DNA of 64,000 nt from an uncultured Gammaproteobacteria bacterium. Its GTDB lineage: Bacteria; Patescibacteriota; Patescibacteriia; Magasanikbacterales; JBBTXJ01. This document shows, piece by piece, positions 10,238-19,870 of the stretch (position 1 is the first letter of the stretch; each line of letters opens with the position of its first letter). Where the stretch lies: assembly GCA_964610305.1 (NCBI GenBank), contig CAZSVL010000001.1:108781-172780 (forward strand), in the 5' to 3' direction. The translations under genes and the position numbers were made by a program. Under the pieces are notes generated by a model. It was not told the origin of the DNA, ran no database searches, and was given only the letters and a program-made list of their open reading frames with translations.

Positions 10238-12892
10238 TGCGGTTCTATTTTCTGTCTTTGTTTTGATGCTCGTTGCAATTCTGAGTTTATCATCTGCTAC
10301 AGATACAAGTACATTGTCTCCTTCGGAGATGGTGCCCTCAATGAGCTGCAAAGCAAGAGGGTCTAGTAGTTCATGCTGGATTACGCGCTTGAGCGGGCGC
10401 GCTCCATATTTTTCATCATAACCTTTTGCTGCCAGCCATTTCTTGGCAGGAGGTGTAAGTTCAATAATTATTTTTTTCTCCGCAAGCCTTTTTGCCACCA
10501 AATCTAGCTGAAGCTGCGCAATGGAGCCAATGTGCTCTTCTTTAAGAGCGTGGAAGGTAATAATTTCATCAACGCGGTTGAGGAATTCAGGTTTAAAGTG
10601 ATCTCTGAGGGCATCAGTGACTTTTTCCTTGATTCTTTCGTCTGCTGAATCGCCATTATCCTGGCCAAAACCAAGACCGCTTCCAGAGCTCACCAGCGCG
10701 TCTGACCCAATGTTAGACGTCATTATGATAACCGCGTTTTTAAAGTTTACCGTGCGCCCCTTGGCATCGGTAAGACGGCCATCGTCAAGAATTTGCAAAA
10801 GCATGTTAAATACGTCTGGATGGGCCTTTTCAATCTCATCAAACAAAATCACGGCGTAGGGCCTGCGCCTAATTATCTCAGTGAGTTGTCCACCCTCTTC
10901 ATAGCCAATGTATCCGGGAGGGGAGCCTATCATTTTGGAAATGGCGTGTTTCTCCATGTACTCTGACATATCCACGCGTACCAATGATTGTTCATCATTA
11001 AACATAAACTCAGCAAGCGCTTTTGCTAGCTCTGTTTTTCCAACGCCGGTTGGTCCCATAAAAATAAAGGATCCAATGGGTCTGTCTGGTTCTCCTACGC
11101 CCGCGCGCGATCTGCGGATAGCATTTGCGATGGCGGCTATGGGTTCTTTTTGTCCGATTACTCTCTTTTGGAGTTCTTGCTCTAAGCGCGTCAGTTTGTG
11201 TGCCTCGTCTTCAAGCATTCTGCTGATGGGTATTCCGGTCCACCGGCTTACCACTGCGGCAATGTCTTGCTCGGTCACCTCTTCTTTTAGGATTTTTCTG
11301 CCTTTTTGAATCTCTGCAAGTTTTTTTTGCGCTTCTCTGACAGCCTCCTGCGCAGCTGGAATTTTTCCGTATCTAATTTCAGCTACTTTCTGAAGATTTC
11401 CCTGACGCTCTGCAATTTCTGCTCCTTGTTTGTATCCATCTATCTTTTTTTGATATTCACGCAAAGAACCAATAATTTCTTTTTCATTTTTCCAATGGAG
11501 TTCCCACTCTTTTGTGTTTTCGGTGATTTCTGCCAGCTCTTTCTCTAAGTTTGAAAGGCGCTCCTTTGAGTCATCATCCTTTTCTTTTTTTAATGCCTGT
11601 TTCTCGATCTCTAGCTTAATTTGCTTGCGTTTCAGTTTATCTAGCTCTGCTGGCATAGAGTCTATCTCCATTCTTAGAGCTGATGTTGCTTCATCCACAA
11701 GATCTACTGCCTTATCTGGCAAGAAGCGATCAGAGATGTAGCGGTTTGATAGTTCTGCTGCAGCAATGATGGCGTGATCCGTAATGCGTACACCGTGGTG
11801 AACTTCATACTTTTCCTTGATACCGCGCAATATGGCAATAGTGTCATCCAAATCTGGCTCGGACACAAGCACTGGCTGGAAACGGCGCTCTAGCGCTGCG
11901 TCTTTTTCAATGTATTTCTGGTATTCCTTAAGCGTAGTTGCCCCAATAGCGCGCAGCTCTCCACGAGCAAGAGCAGGTTTTAACATATTACTGGCGTCAA
12001 TGGCGCCTTCGCTGCCTCCAGCTCCTACAATAGTATGAAGCTCATCAATAAATAAAACAAAACTGCCTTGCGCCTGTTTAATTTCCTTAATTACGGCTTT
12101 GAGCCGCTCCTCAAATTCACCTCTAAATTTTGTTCCTGCCACAAGTGAGCCAATATCTAGTGAGATCACTTCTTTGTCTTTGAGCGATTCGGGAACATCG
12201 CCATCTGCAATACGCTGGGCAAGCCCTTCAATAATAGCTGTCTTACCAACGCCGGGTTCTCCAATGAGAACGGGGTTGTTTTTTGTTCTGCGAGAGAGTA
12301 CCTGCATGACGCGTCTTATCTCATCATCTCTTCCAATTACAGGGTCTAGCTTTTCCTCTCGTGCTTGCGCGGTTAAATTAACGCTATATTTTTCAAGAGC
12401 GTTGTAGCGTGCCTCTGGTTCAGGGGAGTCTACCGTTTGAGTTCCACGTACCGTAGCTAGTACTTTAAGTACTTCATCAAAGGCAATATTGTGTTGTTTA
12501 AAAATTTGAGCGATGGTGGACTTGGATCTTAAAAGACCCATAAGTAGGTGTTCGGTGCTGATATATTTGTCTCCAAGTCTTTTGCTCTCTTGCGCGGCAA
12601 AGTTAAGAACGTGGGCCATGTCGTGACTCATGTAGATTTGTCCAATGCCGGTTCCGCCGCTCACGCCAGTGTGCTTAGGCAGCTTATCAATAAGCTCCTG
12701 CATATGTGTCTTCAGTAGGGTGGTGTCGGCATTGAGTTTGTTGAGCACAGAAATAACAACGCCATCTTCTTGTTCAAGGAGTGCAAAAAGCAAATGCGGG
12801 GGGTCAATTTGTGGTTGGCCGTTTTCTTGAGCCAATAAGTGCGCTCTCTGGATTGCCTCCTGAGATTTTGTTGTAAAATTATTGGGGTTCAT
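10235..12892 (-). CDS. clpB: ATP-dependent chaperone ClpB (AAA+ disaggregase)
   Basis: 885 aa; Clp N-domain, two Walker A sites ([16 protein letters not shown]), coiled-coil middle domain. Confidence 0.95.
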   Translation of the reverse strand: MNPNNFTTKSQEAIQRAHLLAQENGQPQIDPPHLLFALLEQEDGVVISVLNKLNADTTLLKTHMQELIDKLPKHTGVSGGTGIGQIYMSHDMAHVLNFAAQESKRLGDKYISTEHLLMGLLRSKSTIAQIFKQHNIAFDEVLKVLATVRGTQTVDSPEPEARYNALEKYSVNLTAQAREEKLDPVIGRDDEIRRVMQVLSRRTKNNPVLIGEPGVGKTAIIEGLAQRIADGDVPESLKDKEVISLDIGSLVAGTKFRGEFEERLKAVIKEIKQAQGSFVLFIDELHTIVGAGGSEGAIDASNMLKPALARGELRAIGATTLKEYQKYIEKDAALERRFQPVLVSEPDLDDTIAILRGIKEKYEVHHGVRITDHAIIAAAELSNRYISDRFLPDKAVDLVDEATSALRMEIDSMPAELDKLKRKQIKLEIEKQALKKEKDDDSKERLSNLEKELAEITENTKEWELHWKNEKEIIGSLREYQKKIDGYKQGAEIAERQGNLQKVAEIRYGKIPAAQEAVREAQKKLAEIQKGRKILKEEVTEQDIAAVVSRWTGIPISRMLEDEAHKLTRLEQELQKRVIGQKEPIAAIANAIRRSRAGVGEPDRPIGSFIFMGPTGVGKTELAKALAEFMFNDEQSLVRVDMSEYMEKHAISKMIGSPPGYIGYEEGGQLTEIIRRRPYAVILFDEIEKAHPDVFNMLLQILDDGRLTDAKGRTVNFKNAVIIMTSNIGSDALVSSGSGLGFGQDNGDSADERIKEKVTDALRDHFKPEFLNRVDEIITFHALKEEHIGSIAQLQLDLVAKRLAEKKIIIELTPPAKKWLAAKGYDEKYGARPLKRVIQHELLDPLALQLIEGTISEGDNVLVSVADDKLRIATSIKTKTENRTA

Positions 12893-12894
12893 AC

Positions 12895-12921
12895 TTAGCA
12901 GTCTAGCAGTTTGATTGCTAA
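12895..12921. promoter_or_regulatory. CIRCE-like inverted repeat (TTAGCA-N15-TGCTAA) in the clpB leader
   Basis: ttagca (12895-12900) and tgctaa (12916-12921) are perfect inverted hexamers with the 15-nt spacing of the HrcA operator consensus TTAGCACTC-N9-GAGTGCTAA; inner triplets do not match; overlaps a minus-strand TTGACA-18-TAGACT promoter-like sequence. Confidence 0.35.
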
Positions 12922-12957
12922 TTTGTCAAGATGTGTAAAAAAAGGTAAAAATGAGGT

Positions 12958-13701
12958 ATGCAAATAGCCGGAGTACAGCTCAGACCAATGCCCAGGCCGC
13001 AAAGCTGCGAGGCGCTCAGAAGAGCACTTGTAGGCACAGGGCAAAACGTAGTTGTTACCGTGAATCCAGAGATGATAGTTCAGGCATCTAAGGATAGCTT
13101 GTTTAGATCCATCATTCATAGAGCTCATCTTCATCTTGTGGATGGCGCTGGTCTTGTTTTTGTCTCAAGACTAAAGGGTTTCAGAGGAGTTGAGCGATTT
13201 ACCGGTGTGGATGCGGTAGATTATGTATGTTCTGTTGCCAGTGATATGCAAAAGCGGGTATTTCTGTTGGGGACAGGGAGCACGTCAATACTGCTGAGCG
13301 CTGCTAACCATTTGCGTAGTAAATATCCCTCTCTTATTATATGTGGAATGCATGCGGCAACCAAAATGCAGGAATTTCCTGATGGCGTTGTTGTTTCTGA
13401 TGAGGGCAAACATGATGATCTGATCAATACCATAAATAAAGCTCAGCCCGACGTACTATTTGTTGCTTTAGGCCATGGAAAGCAAGAGAAGTGGATACAT
13501 CAATTCAGAGGCAGGATACCAAGCGTGAAATTGTTTATGGGTGTGGGTGGAGCGCTTGATTTTATGGGTGGAGCGGTAAAAAGGGCGCCAGAGCTTATGC
13601 AGAAATGGGGTCTTGAATGGCTTTTTCGTCTTATTGTAGAGCCAAGGCGGTGGCGTCGGATATGGCGCGCCACTATAGTTTTTTTATGGAAAGCAAAGTA
13701 A
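12958..13701 (+). CDS. WecB/TagA/CpsF-family glycosyltransferase
   Basis: VTVNPEMIV, GAGLVF, MGVGGALDF, EWLFRL motifs of the WecG/TagA family. Confidence 0.85.
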   Translation: MQIAGVQLRPMPRPQSCEALRRALVGTGQNVVVTVNPEMIVQASKDSLFRSIIHRAHLHLVDGAGLVFVSRLKGFRGVERFTGVDAVDYVCSVASDMQKRVFLLGTGSTSILLSAANHLRSKYPSLIICGMHAATKMQEFPDGVVVSDEGKHDDLINTINKAQPDVLFVALGHGKQEKWIHQFRGRIPSVKLFMGVGGALDFMGGAVKRAPELMQKWGLEWLFRLIVEPRRWRRIWRATIVFLWKAK

Positions 13702-14276
13702 TTGTTTCTAAAAATGTTAAGGAGAGTTCGCGGTGCGCTTTGCGTCAGAATTGGAGCGCTGCCGTGCCGTCCCAAAATGGTGTGGCTGTCTTTTCATGGT
13801 CTTCTCAAGGGCTGACTGCTCGCGTTGCGATGAGCGACAAGAGCATCTCAAACAACGCTTTGGGTCCCAAGGAAAAAACATGGGAGCTGGGAGATGTGGT
13901 AGAATTTTTTGTAAAACCCTCTGGTGGCAGCCAGTATTATGAATTTCATGTCACCCCGCACAATGTCCTGCTTGATCTGCGTATTGAGTCTGCAGACAAG
14001 GTAGCTGAGGCTTGGGAGAGAAGATATCAGTATCAGAGCTTGGCTAAGTCCAGGACAATGGTGAGCGAAGGGGCATGGCTGGCTCATTTGTTTGTGCCGT
14101 GGTCAGCTATAGGTATTAAGCCAGCGCCTGGCACGGAATTTTCATTTGCCGTCTGCAGGTACAACTATCTAAACTACAATAAGAACTCACACAATATTGA
14201 GTATAGCTCTACAGCATCGCTCACACAGCTCAATTATCACAGACCGTGGGAGTGGCAAGTAGCGGTGTTAAAGTAA
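13686..14276 (+). CDS. hypothetical protein, possible carbohydrate-binding (CBM9/DOMON-like) domain
   Basis: ORF-track 13617; ATG at 13686 is the first plausible start and overlaps the wecB-like stop; aromatic-rich beta-type sequence; assignment weak. Confidence 0.4.
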   Translation: MESKVIVSKNVKESSRCALRQNWSAAVPSQNGVAVFSWSSQGLTARVAMSDKSISNNALGPKEKTWELGDVVEFFVKPSGGSQYYEFHVTPHNVLLDLRIESADKVAEAWERRYQYQSLAKSRTMVSEGAWLAHLFVPWSAIGIKPAPGTEFSFAVCRYNYLNYNKNSHNIEYSSTASLTQLNYHRPWEWQVAVLK

Positions 14277-14299
14277 AAACGGGCATTGCCCGTTTTTTG

Positions 14300-14563
14300 C
14301 TATTTCCTAAATTTATTGTAGAGCCATGCGAACGCCGCGCATCCGATAAATCCGTCTGCAAACGCCCAAACGGCGCCAATGAGGATTCCATCTCCCGTCA
14401 GAGCAAATCCGCGATAAGCGCTTCCTATGAGGTCTAAGAAAGGCTCTCCCCACGACCACTTTATGTTGACGCCGGCCCAAAATACCAGAGCCACCATCCA
14501 TAGAAGTCCTCCTGCTAGCGCAAATCCTTTTATGGAAAGCGCCATTGTTTTAGCTTTTTTCAT
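14300..14563 (-). CDS. small hypothetical membrane protein
   Basis: 87 aa, two hydrophobic segments, Trp/Gly-rich. Confidence 0.45.
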   Translation of the reverse strand: MKKAKTMALSIKGFALAGGLLWMVALVFWAGVNIKWSWGEPFLDLIGSAYRGFALTGDGILIGAVWAFADGFIGCAAFAWLYNKFRK

Positions 14564-14564
14564 A

Positions 14565-14996
14565 TTATTTTTTAAAATGCTTATCCATTGCTCTTCTCAT
14601 TGAGGCAAGCTCTTTGCGTACCATCACAATTTCTCGCTCTGCCTTTCTGTCTATCATGTAGTCATACTCTGTGCGCTGCCTATCTATTTCTGACTGCCTG
14701 TTTTGGCTCATTAATATAATAGGCGCGGTGTATGCTGCCTGAAAAGAAAGCATAAGGTTCAGTAATATAAACGGGTAGGGGTCCCAATTGCGGATCCAGC
14801 CAATAATGTTGAGATACACCCAACACATGAGGACAATGGATTGTATTCCTAAGAACCACCAGCTTCCTACAATTTTTGTAACCCTATCTGCCGCTTTGGC
14901 AGATGCAGACCCGGCCTTTGCGCTGGGCATGATAGGTTGACCATCTTTGTTAACTCTCTGCTTGGGCTTGTCTTTCTCCTTTTTCATGCGTTGCAT
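14565..14996 (-). CDS. DUF1003-family membrane protein
   Basis: WWFLGIQSIVLMCW...LMSQNRQ motif arrangement typical of DUF1003; basic N-terminus. Confidence 0.6.
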   Translation of the reverse strand: MQRMKKEKDKPKQRVNKDGQPIMPSAKAGSASAKAADRVTKIVGSWWFLGIQSIVLMCWVYLNIIGWIRNWDPYPFILLNLMLSFQAAYTAPIILMSQNRQSEIDRQRTEYDYMIDRKAEREIVMVRKELASMRRAMDKHFKK

Positions 14997-15068
14997 TATA
15001 CCACAGATTTTAGTACTGTAACTAGTAATCAGTAACTAGTAACCTGAAATCAGTAACTTGAATATTGT

Positions 15069-16463
15069 ATGATCAAAACCAGATTTGCACCAAGCCCAAC
15101 AGGGCATTTACATATTGGAGGGTTGCGCGCAGCGCTTTATGCTTACATGACGGCCAAACATAGTAATGGCTCTTTTTTGATTAGGATAGAGGATACGGAT
15201 CAGAGTAGAACACAAGAAGGCGCGCAAGAGGAAATTGTTAGAATTCTTGCTACATTGGGTCTTAAATCTGATGAGGAAATACTGCAGCAGTCAGCAAGAT
15301 TAGATATCTACAAGCAACATGCGCAGGAGCTTTTTTCAAATGACAAAGCATACTTTTGTCAATGCAGCCCAGAGAGGCTTTTAGAGCTTAGAGAAGCGAA
15401 AAAAAAAGACGGAGGACGCCTTGGTTACGATAGGCAGTGTGCCGATAAAAAATTAGAGAGCGGCGTGCTTAGATTGCGTGTACCACAAGGCAGACAGATT
15501 GTGGTGGATGATGTAATCAGAGGGAAGGTAAGCTTTAATTCTGAGGATATTGATGACCAAGTATTAATGAAGTCTGACGGATTTCCAACGTACCATTTGG
15601 CCCATGTTGTAGATGATCACGCCAGCGGGATTACGCATGTGATCAGGGGAGAGGAGTGGCTATCTTCTACGCCAAAACACATTCTTATATATGAAGCTCT
15701 TGGTTGGGAATTGCCCACGTATGCTCATCTGCCCTTGATTTTGGGTGAAGGTGGAGGAAAACTCTCTAAACGTCACGGAGCCCGATCAGCAGAAGAGTAT
15801 TTAAATGAAGGCTATCTTCCAGCGGCGTTGATAAATTTTTTGGTACTTTTAGGATGGAATCCTAGAGGAGATCAGGAAGTGTATAGTTTTAAAGAGCTTA
15901 TAGAGTCTTTTGACTTAAAAAAAGTAAATAAAGGCGGAGCTGTTTTTTCAGAGGAAAAATTAGAGTGGATAGGGCAGCAGCACATGCAAAGTGCGGATCC
16001 AAAAGAGCTTGCCGCAATGGCTATGCCGTTTTTAGGAAAGAATCAACAAGTGGCAAAGAAAAGAGGAGGAGAGTGGCTTGAAAAAGTAATCACCATAGAG
16101 CAACAACGTATTTCAAGACTCTCTCAAATAGGGGAGGACACTGATTTTGCTTTTACTGATAGCATTGAGTACGATCCCGCGCTTCTTGTTGGCAAAAAAT
16201 CAGATAAAACCGAAGCAAAAGATAGACTAGAGAAGGTAAAAGATTATTTGAGTGACGTGGATAGTTTTGAAGACAGAGAAGCTCTAGAGGAGGATATGCT
16301 TGGATGGATCAAAAAAGAGGATCTGGGAAATGGACCAACGCTCTGGCCATTGCGCGTAGCGCTCACCGGAAAAGCAAAGTCTCCTAGTCCGTTTGATGCA
16401 TTGTGGCTTCTGGGAAAGGAAGAGGCTCAAGAGAGAATACAAGACGCAATCGCAAGTTTGTAA
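15069..16463 (+). CDS. gltX: glutamate--tRNA ligase
   Basis: RFAPSPTGHLHIGGLRAALYAY (HIGH) and KLSKRHG (KMSKS) class I motifs. Confidence 0.95.
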   Translation: MIKTRFAPSPTGHLHIGGLRAALYAYMTAKHSNGSFLIRIEDTDQSRTQEGAQEEIVRILATLGLKSDEEILQQSARLDIYKQHAQELFSNDKAYFCQCSPERLLELREAKKKDGGRLGYDRQCADKKLESGVLRLRVPQGRQIVVDDVIRGKVSFNSEDIDDQVLMKSDGFPTYHLAHVVDDHASGITHVIRGEEWLSSTPKHILIYEALGWELPTYAHLPLILGEGGGKLSKRHGARSAEEYLNEGYLPAALINFLVLLGWNPRGDQEVYSFKELIESFDLKKVNKGGAVFSEEKLEWIGQQHMQSADPKELAAMAMPFLGKNQQVAKKRGGEWLEKVITIEQQRISRLSQIGEDTDFAFTDSIEYDPALLVGKKSDKTEAKDRLEKVKDYLSDVDSFEDREALEEDMLGWIKKEDLGNGPTLWPLRVALTGKAKSPSPFDALWLLGKEEAQERIQDAIASL

Positions 16464-16496
16464 AAAAAAGACCGCTCGGATTACCGGCGGTTTTTG
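16464..16496 (+). terminator. intrinsic terminator after gltX
   Basis: A-run, hairpin accgc...gcggt (16471-16491), then TTTTT. Confidence 0.5.
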
Positions 16497-16505
16497 CTAT
16501 GGCAG

Positions 16506-16784
16506 CTATGATCTAGAAAGCTCAGCGACTGCAGCAAAGCCAAAAGTCAAACAGATTATTCCAGTGAATAACCCTACTAGTGAGTGATAATGACTGTTTT
16601 GATAGAGGGGAATCAACAGCACGCCAATTATTCCAGATACGAACATAAGGGCGAGCATGAGTAGTGCCATGACAGGCCGTACAGCCGGTTTTGTCTCGCT
16701 TGATATGACGCCTTTTGGCTGTGGATTGTCTGTGGAGTTCATCCTACGCTGCCTTAGAAGAAGCTTTTGCCTGGTCGCTCGCAC
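16506..16784 (-). CDS. small hypothetical membrane protein
   Basis: 92-aa ORF with two TM-like segments; real start may be the internal Met. Confidence 0.4.
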   Translation of the reverse strand: MRATRQKLLLRQRRMNSTDNPQPKGVISSETKPAVRPVMALLMLALMFVSGIIGVLLIPLYQNSHYHSLVGLFTGIICLTFGFAAVAELSRS

Positions 16785-17067
16785 GGTTAGCTACCTTGCT
16801 TTTGCCTTGTGCCTCCCATCGCGCCTTTTCTGCTTCATGTTGCGCGATTTTGGCTTTGTGTGGTGCAAGGAATATATCTCTAATTGCTGAGATCATATAG
16901 GAATGATGGAAAAAACTGTTACGCCAATGAGGTAATCTTCGTTACCCGACCCAAACAGAAATTGAGTAGCAGGGAGAAGAAGAATCAAGAATAGTAAAAG
17001 TAGACCCTCCATGGAGTACTCCTTTTGTTATTGGTGATGTAATTGTTCTATTTCCACACTAGCACCT

Positions 17068-17096
17068 GTCATCGTTATAGTCAAATGTGCTATACT
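17068..17096 (+). promoter_or_regulatory. extended -10 promoter (TGTGCTATACT) for the M23 peptidase gene
   Basis: tgtgctatact at 17086-17096 matches the recurrent TGTGCTATAnT element seen at five other promoters in this window; weak -35. Confidence 0.5.
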
Positions 17097-17104
17097 ATAT
17101 CTGG

Positions 17105-18337
17105 ATGGAAAAAGTCCGCTTGTCATTATTAAAATTGACCGCAGTCCTCCTGGTGGTGGGTTCTTTTGGTTATGTTTCGCCAGCTACTGCGCTGGATTCA
17201 AATACTAAAGATGATATTTTGCGCCTGCAAGATGAGATAAAGGCAAAGAAGAGTGATGTCGCAAAGCTGGAGAAGAAGATATCCACGGCAAAAAGTAGTA
17301 TTTCCAGAAAACGTACGGAAGTGCTCTCGCTCAACAATCAAATTGGAATTATTGATGGAAGGTTAGACAGTGTTGAGCTAGATATTAGATCCACTGGGCT
17401 AGAGATAGAAACGGTGGAGCTAGAGCTTCAAGAAATACAGCTTCAGATAGATTTAAAAAACGCGCAGATTGATCAGCATAAGGCGCTCCTCTCTGAGCTT
17501 ATTAGATCCATGCATAGGGAAGGAGAGCGCGATTACATAGAGATGCTTCTTTCAGAAGAGAGTTTCTCGGAATTTTTCTCATCGCTTCAGTATTTAGAGG
17601 ATATATATTCTGATGTAGGAGCGCAGGCAAAAGCTTTGCGTGGCGCAAAGGAGTTGCTTTCTGAGCAGGAGCAGAGAATAGAGGAGAAGCAGGATTCTCT
17701 TGCAGAGCTTAAAATTGCGCTTCAGGCAAAGGCAGAAGAGCTCTCTGGTCAGCGTGTCTATAAAGAGGAGCTTTTGGATAAAACAAGAAAGAGCGAGCGG
17801 CTCTTTCAGCAGATGCTCTCTGATCTGAGAGTAGAGTATCAGCAGATAGAGAGTGAGATACAATCCATAGAGCGATCCATCAGAAATAGGCTAGAGGACA
17901 GCGATGAGCTTAATGTAGATGGAGACGTCATATTGTCCTGGCCTACCTCTGGCAGGTACATTACTTCTTATTTTCATGATCCGGATTATCCCTACCGGCA
18001 TGTATTTGAGCACAGTGGAATAGACTTGAGGGCTGGTCATGGTACGCCATTGCGTGCTTCTGCTCCTGGTTATGTGGCGCGGGCAAAAAGATGTAGTTCT
18101 TCTTGGTGTTATAGTTACGTAATGATTATTCATGGAGAAGGTATCTCTACGCTTTATGGGCACATGAGCTCTATTGCAATACAAGAGGATCAGTTTGTGG
18201 GCAGGGGAGACATAATTGGGTATACAGGCGGCACACCCGGAACGGTTGGTGCTGGGCCGTTTGTGACAGGGCCTCACCTTCATTTTGAGACAAGATTGAA
18301 TGGTATTCCGGTTAATCCGTTAAATTACTTGCTATAG
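17105..18337 (+). CDS. M23-family peptidase with N-terminal coiled-coil (EnvC/murein-hydrolase-activator-like)
   Basis: C-terminal HSGIDLRAGHGTPLRA...GHMSSI...GPHLHFE M23 zinc motifs; long coiled-coil; ORF-track GTG at 17087 lies inside the -10 element, so ATG at 17105 (MEKVRL) is the likely start, implying a leaderless or very short leader. Confidence 0.85.
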   Translation: MEKVRLSLLKLTAVLLVVGSFGYVSPATALDSNTKDDILRLQDEIKAKKSDVAKLEKKISTAKSSISRKRTEVLSLNNQIGIIDGRLDSVELDIRSTGLEIETVELELQEIQLQIDLKNAQIDQHKALLSELIRSMHREGERDYIEMLLSEESFSEFFSSLQYLEDIYSDVGAQAKALRGAKELLSEQEQRIEEKQDSLAELKIALQAKAEELSGQRVYKEELLDKTRKSERLFQQMLSDLRVEYQQIESEIQSIERSIRNRLEDSDELNVDGDVILSWPTSGRYITSYFHDPDYPYRHVFEHSGIDLRAGHGTPLRASAPGYVARAKRCSSSWCYSYVMIIHGEGISTLYGHMSSIAIQEDQFVGRGDIIGYTGGTPGTVGAGPFVTGPHLHFETRLNGIPVNPLNYLL

Positions 18338-18401
18338 TAAGTAGTAATTCTTAAATAGTGCTTAAAAATGGCTAAATTAAGCTATTTTTTTAGTTTATGA
18401 C

Positions 18402-18430
18402 TTGACAAAATGGGCAAAATGTGCTATAGT
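18402..18430 (+). promoter_or_regulatory. sigma70 promoter TTGACA-17-TATAGT with TGTGC extension
   Basis: ttgaca 18402-18407, 17-nt spacer, tatagt 18425-18430 preceded by tgtgc. Confidence 0.65.
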
Positions 18431-18517
18431 AGTATAGTCCTCAAAATGGGATAGCCGTACCTGGCACCGTTTTGAGGGTGACGTATCTAACAAAACACAC
18501 ACACCTTAGGGGATTCA

Positions 18518-19570
18518 GTGACCACTAACCTTCGTGAAGAGTTTGACGCCCTCACGGGTACCGATGAAATGAGCGTTGAGGGTGCACTGGAGCACCTTCG
18601 CACTCAGGTGCGGGAAGAGGCCTGCGTTTTTGACGCTCCGGCCATGCTAGAGCAGCTTGACATGATCGCTTTGGTGGAGGAGGGGACTATTGTTCCGGCC
18701 GAGCTGGAGCTTGAAGTCTGCGAGCCTTCTTTGGACGAGCTGGTGGAAGCTGCTCTGGACCGAGAGGATCCAGAAGTGGACCGCGAGCTGGTAGAGAGTC
18801 TGCTCGGAGAGGATGATGGCTTTGAGGGCGGAGCGGTCTTCTATGCCCAGGACATGGCAGACGCTGGCTGGGAGCTCTCTGATCTGGATCACCTTCGTGG
18901 TCTGGAGGCGCTCTCTGACTCTCCGGAGCTAGAAGCGCTTGACGTGGACTACTGGGATCGGATGGACGTCTTGGACGCCCAGGAGAGGGCCCGACGCGCC
19001 AAGGCGTGGAAGTCCTTTTCAACCGACCCGGAGCCCCGCTTGCGTAGGCTGACGGTCATTTCCACTACCGTAGCTCGTGAGGAAGAGACGTACGTGGACA
19101 TCACCGTCTCTGACGGCGAGCACGCGGTGGCCACTTCTGAGCATTCGGTCTACATTCATCAGGATGTCCGTGGTGTTGCTGTGGTGAAGGCCACGGCTTG
19201 GGACATCTCTGACGATCAGATCGTTTACATCAGCGGCTGGGATGCCGTCTTGCGGGGAATCGCTCGTACGGGTATCTTCTTTGCGGTGCACATGGAGCAG
19301 ATCATCAGTCGCGCAAAGCCTAGCGCCTCTAGTGACCCTGCGATCGGCAAGATCGTGGTGGCCAAGGTCGTCAAGCACCTGCGCTCCGGCGTTTTGGTGC
19401 GAAACGAGCACGGTCAGAAGGGTCTGATCGGTGTGGAGACGATCAAGGGAGTTGGCTCAGCAGCCAACGCCATGTCGTTCCTTCGCTCCAAGTGTCCTGT
19501 GGGTCGTGAAGTGACCGTAGAGATCGTGGCTCGCCGCGATCAGGGCGATTTCGTCCTGAAGCTCTCCTAG
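18518..19570 (+). CDS. hypothetical acidic protein with C-terminal S1/OB-like domain; GC-anomalous gene
   Basis: 350-aa ORF with GTG start; about 58-60% GC against about 45% in flanking genes; no stop for 350 codons is highly non-random at this GC; D/E/L-rich N-terminal half; C-terminus GKIVVAKVVKHLRSGVLV...GLIGVETIKG...VTVEIVARRDQGDFVLKLS resembles an S1 domain. Confidence 0.6.
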   Translation: MTTNLREEFDALTGTDEMSVEGALEHLRTQVREEACVFDAPAMLEQLDMIALVEEGTIVPAELELEVCEPSLDELVEAALDREDPEVDRELVESLLGEDDGFEGGAVFYAQDMADAGWELSDLDHLRGLEALSDSPELEALDVDYWDRMDVLDAQERARRAKAWKSFSTDPEPRLRRLTVISTTVAREEETYVDITVSDGEHAVATSEHSVYIHQDVRGVAVVKATAWDISDDQIVYISGWDAVLRGIARTGIFFAVHMEQIISRAKPSASSDPAIGKIVVAKVVKHLRSGVLVRNEHGQKGLIGVETIKGVGSAANAMSFLRSKCPVGREVTVEIVARRDQGDFVLKLS

Positions 19571-19592
19571 GTCTTTAGTAACAGTTAGTTAA

Positions 19593-19629
19593 CCCCCCTT
19601 GTGGTCAACATGATCACGAGGGGTTTTTA
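19593..19629 (+). terminator. intrinsic terminator after the GC-rich ORF
   Basis: hairpin ccccttgtg...cacgagggg (19593-19624) followed by TTTTT. Confidence 0.6.
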
Positions 19630-19635
19630 TTTAGG

Positions 19636-19664
19636 TTGACTTTCGGGGCTTAAAATGGTACGAT
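19636..19664 (+). promoter_or_regulatory. promoter-like TTGACT-17-TACGAT
   Basis: ttgact 19636-19641, 17-nt spacer, tacgat 19659-19664; located directly after the preceding terminator. Confidence 0.45.
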
Positions 19665-19669
19665 CTGCT

Positions 19670-19870
19670 CTCACCATGAGGGAGGACATGTGAGGCTACG
19701 CTTAGAATTCTGGCGACACAGACAGGTTTTGCTAAGCCGACAAATTGGCGAGCCTGAGGTAAGGCGTAGGGGAGTTAGGCCAAGGATTGTATATCTGCGG
19801 CGCATGAGTATGAGAAGAATTGGACGTAGGTAAAGTCAAGTCAGGCTAAGTAGGCAAGCCTGACTTTTTT
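19670..19870 (+). ncRNA. candidate small RNA (about 200 nt, promoter-to-terminator, no ORF)
   Basis: bounded by the promoter-like element above and a perfect 8-bp hairpin gtcaggct (19840-19847) / agcctgac (19857-19864) plus T6 (19865-19870); GC-rich; contains only tiny ORFs. Confidence 0.4.

Noticed and set aside
10617-12830. Multiple plus-strand ORFs (61-133 aa) antisense to clpB
   Set aside because: They lie entirely within the well-supported 885-aa clpB reading frame on the opposite strand and have low-complexity Ser-rich translations typical of antisense artefacts.
18647-19411. Minus-strand ORFs of 81-130 aa inside the GC-rich gene
   Set aside because: Expected stop-codon depletion on the antisense strand of a high-GC coding region; Arg/Pro-rich translations.
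19670-19870. SRP (4.5S) RNA
   Set aside because: The terminal hairpin gtcaggct...agcctgac superficially resembles the SRP helix 8 context, but the GGAA/GNRA tetraloop and AGCAGCC-type conserved motif are absent.
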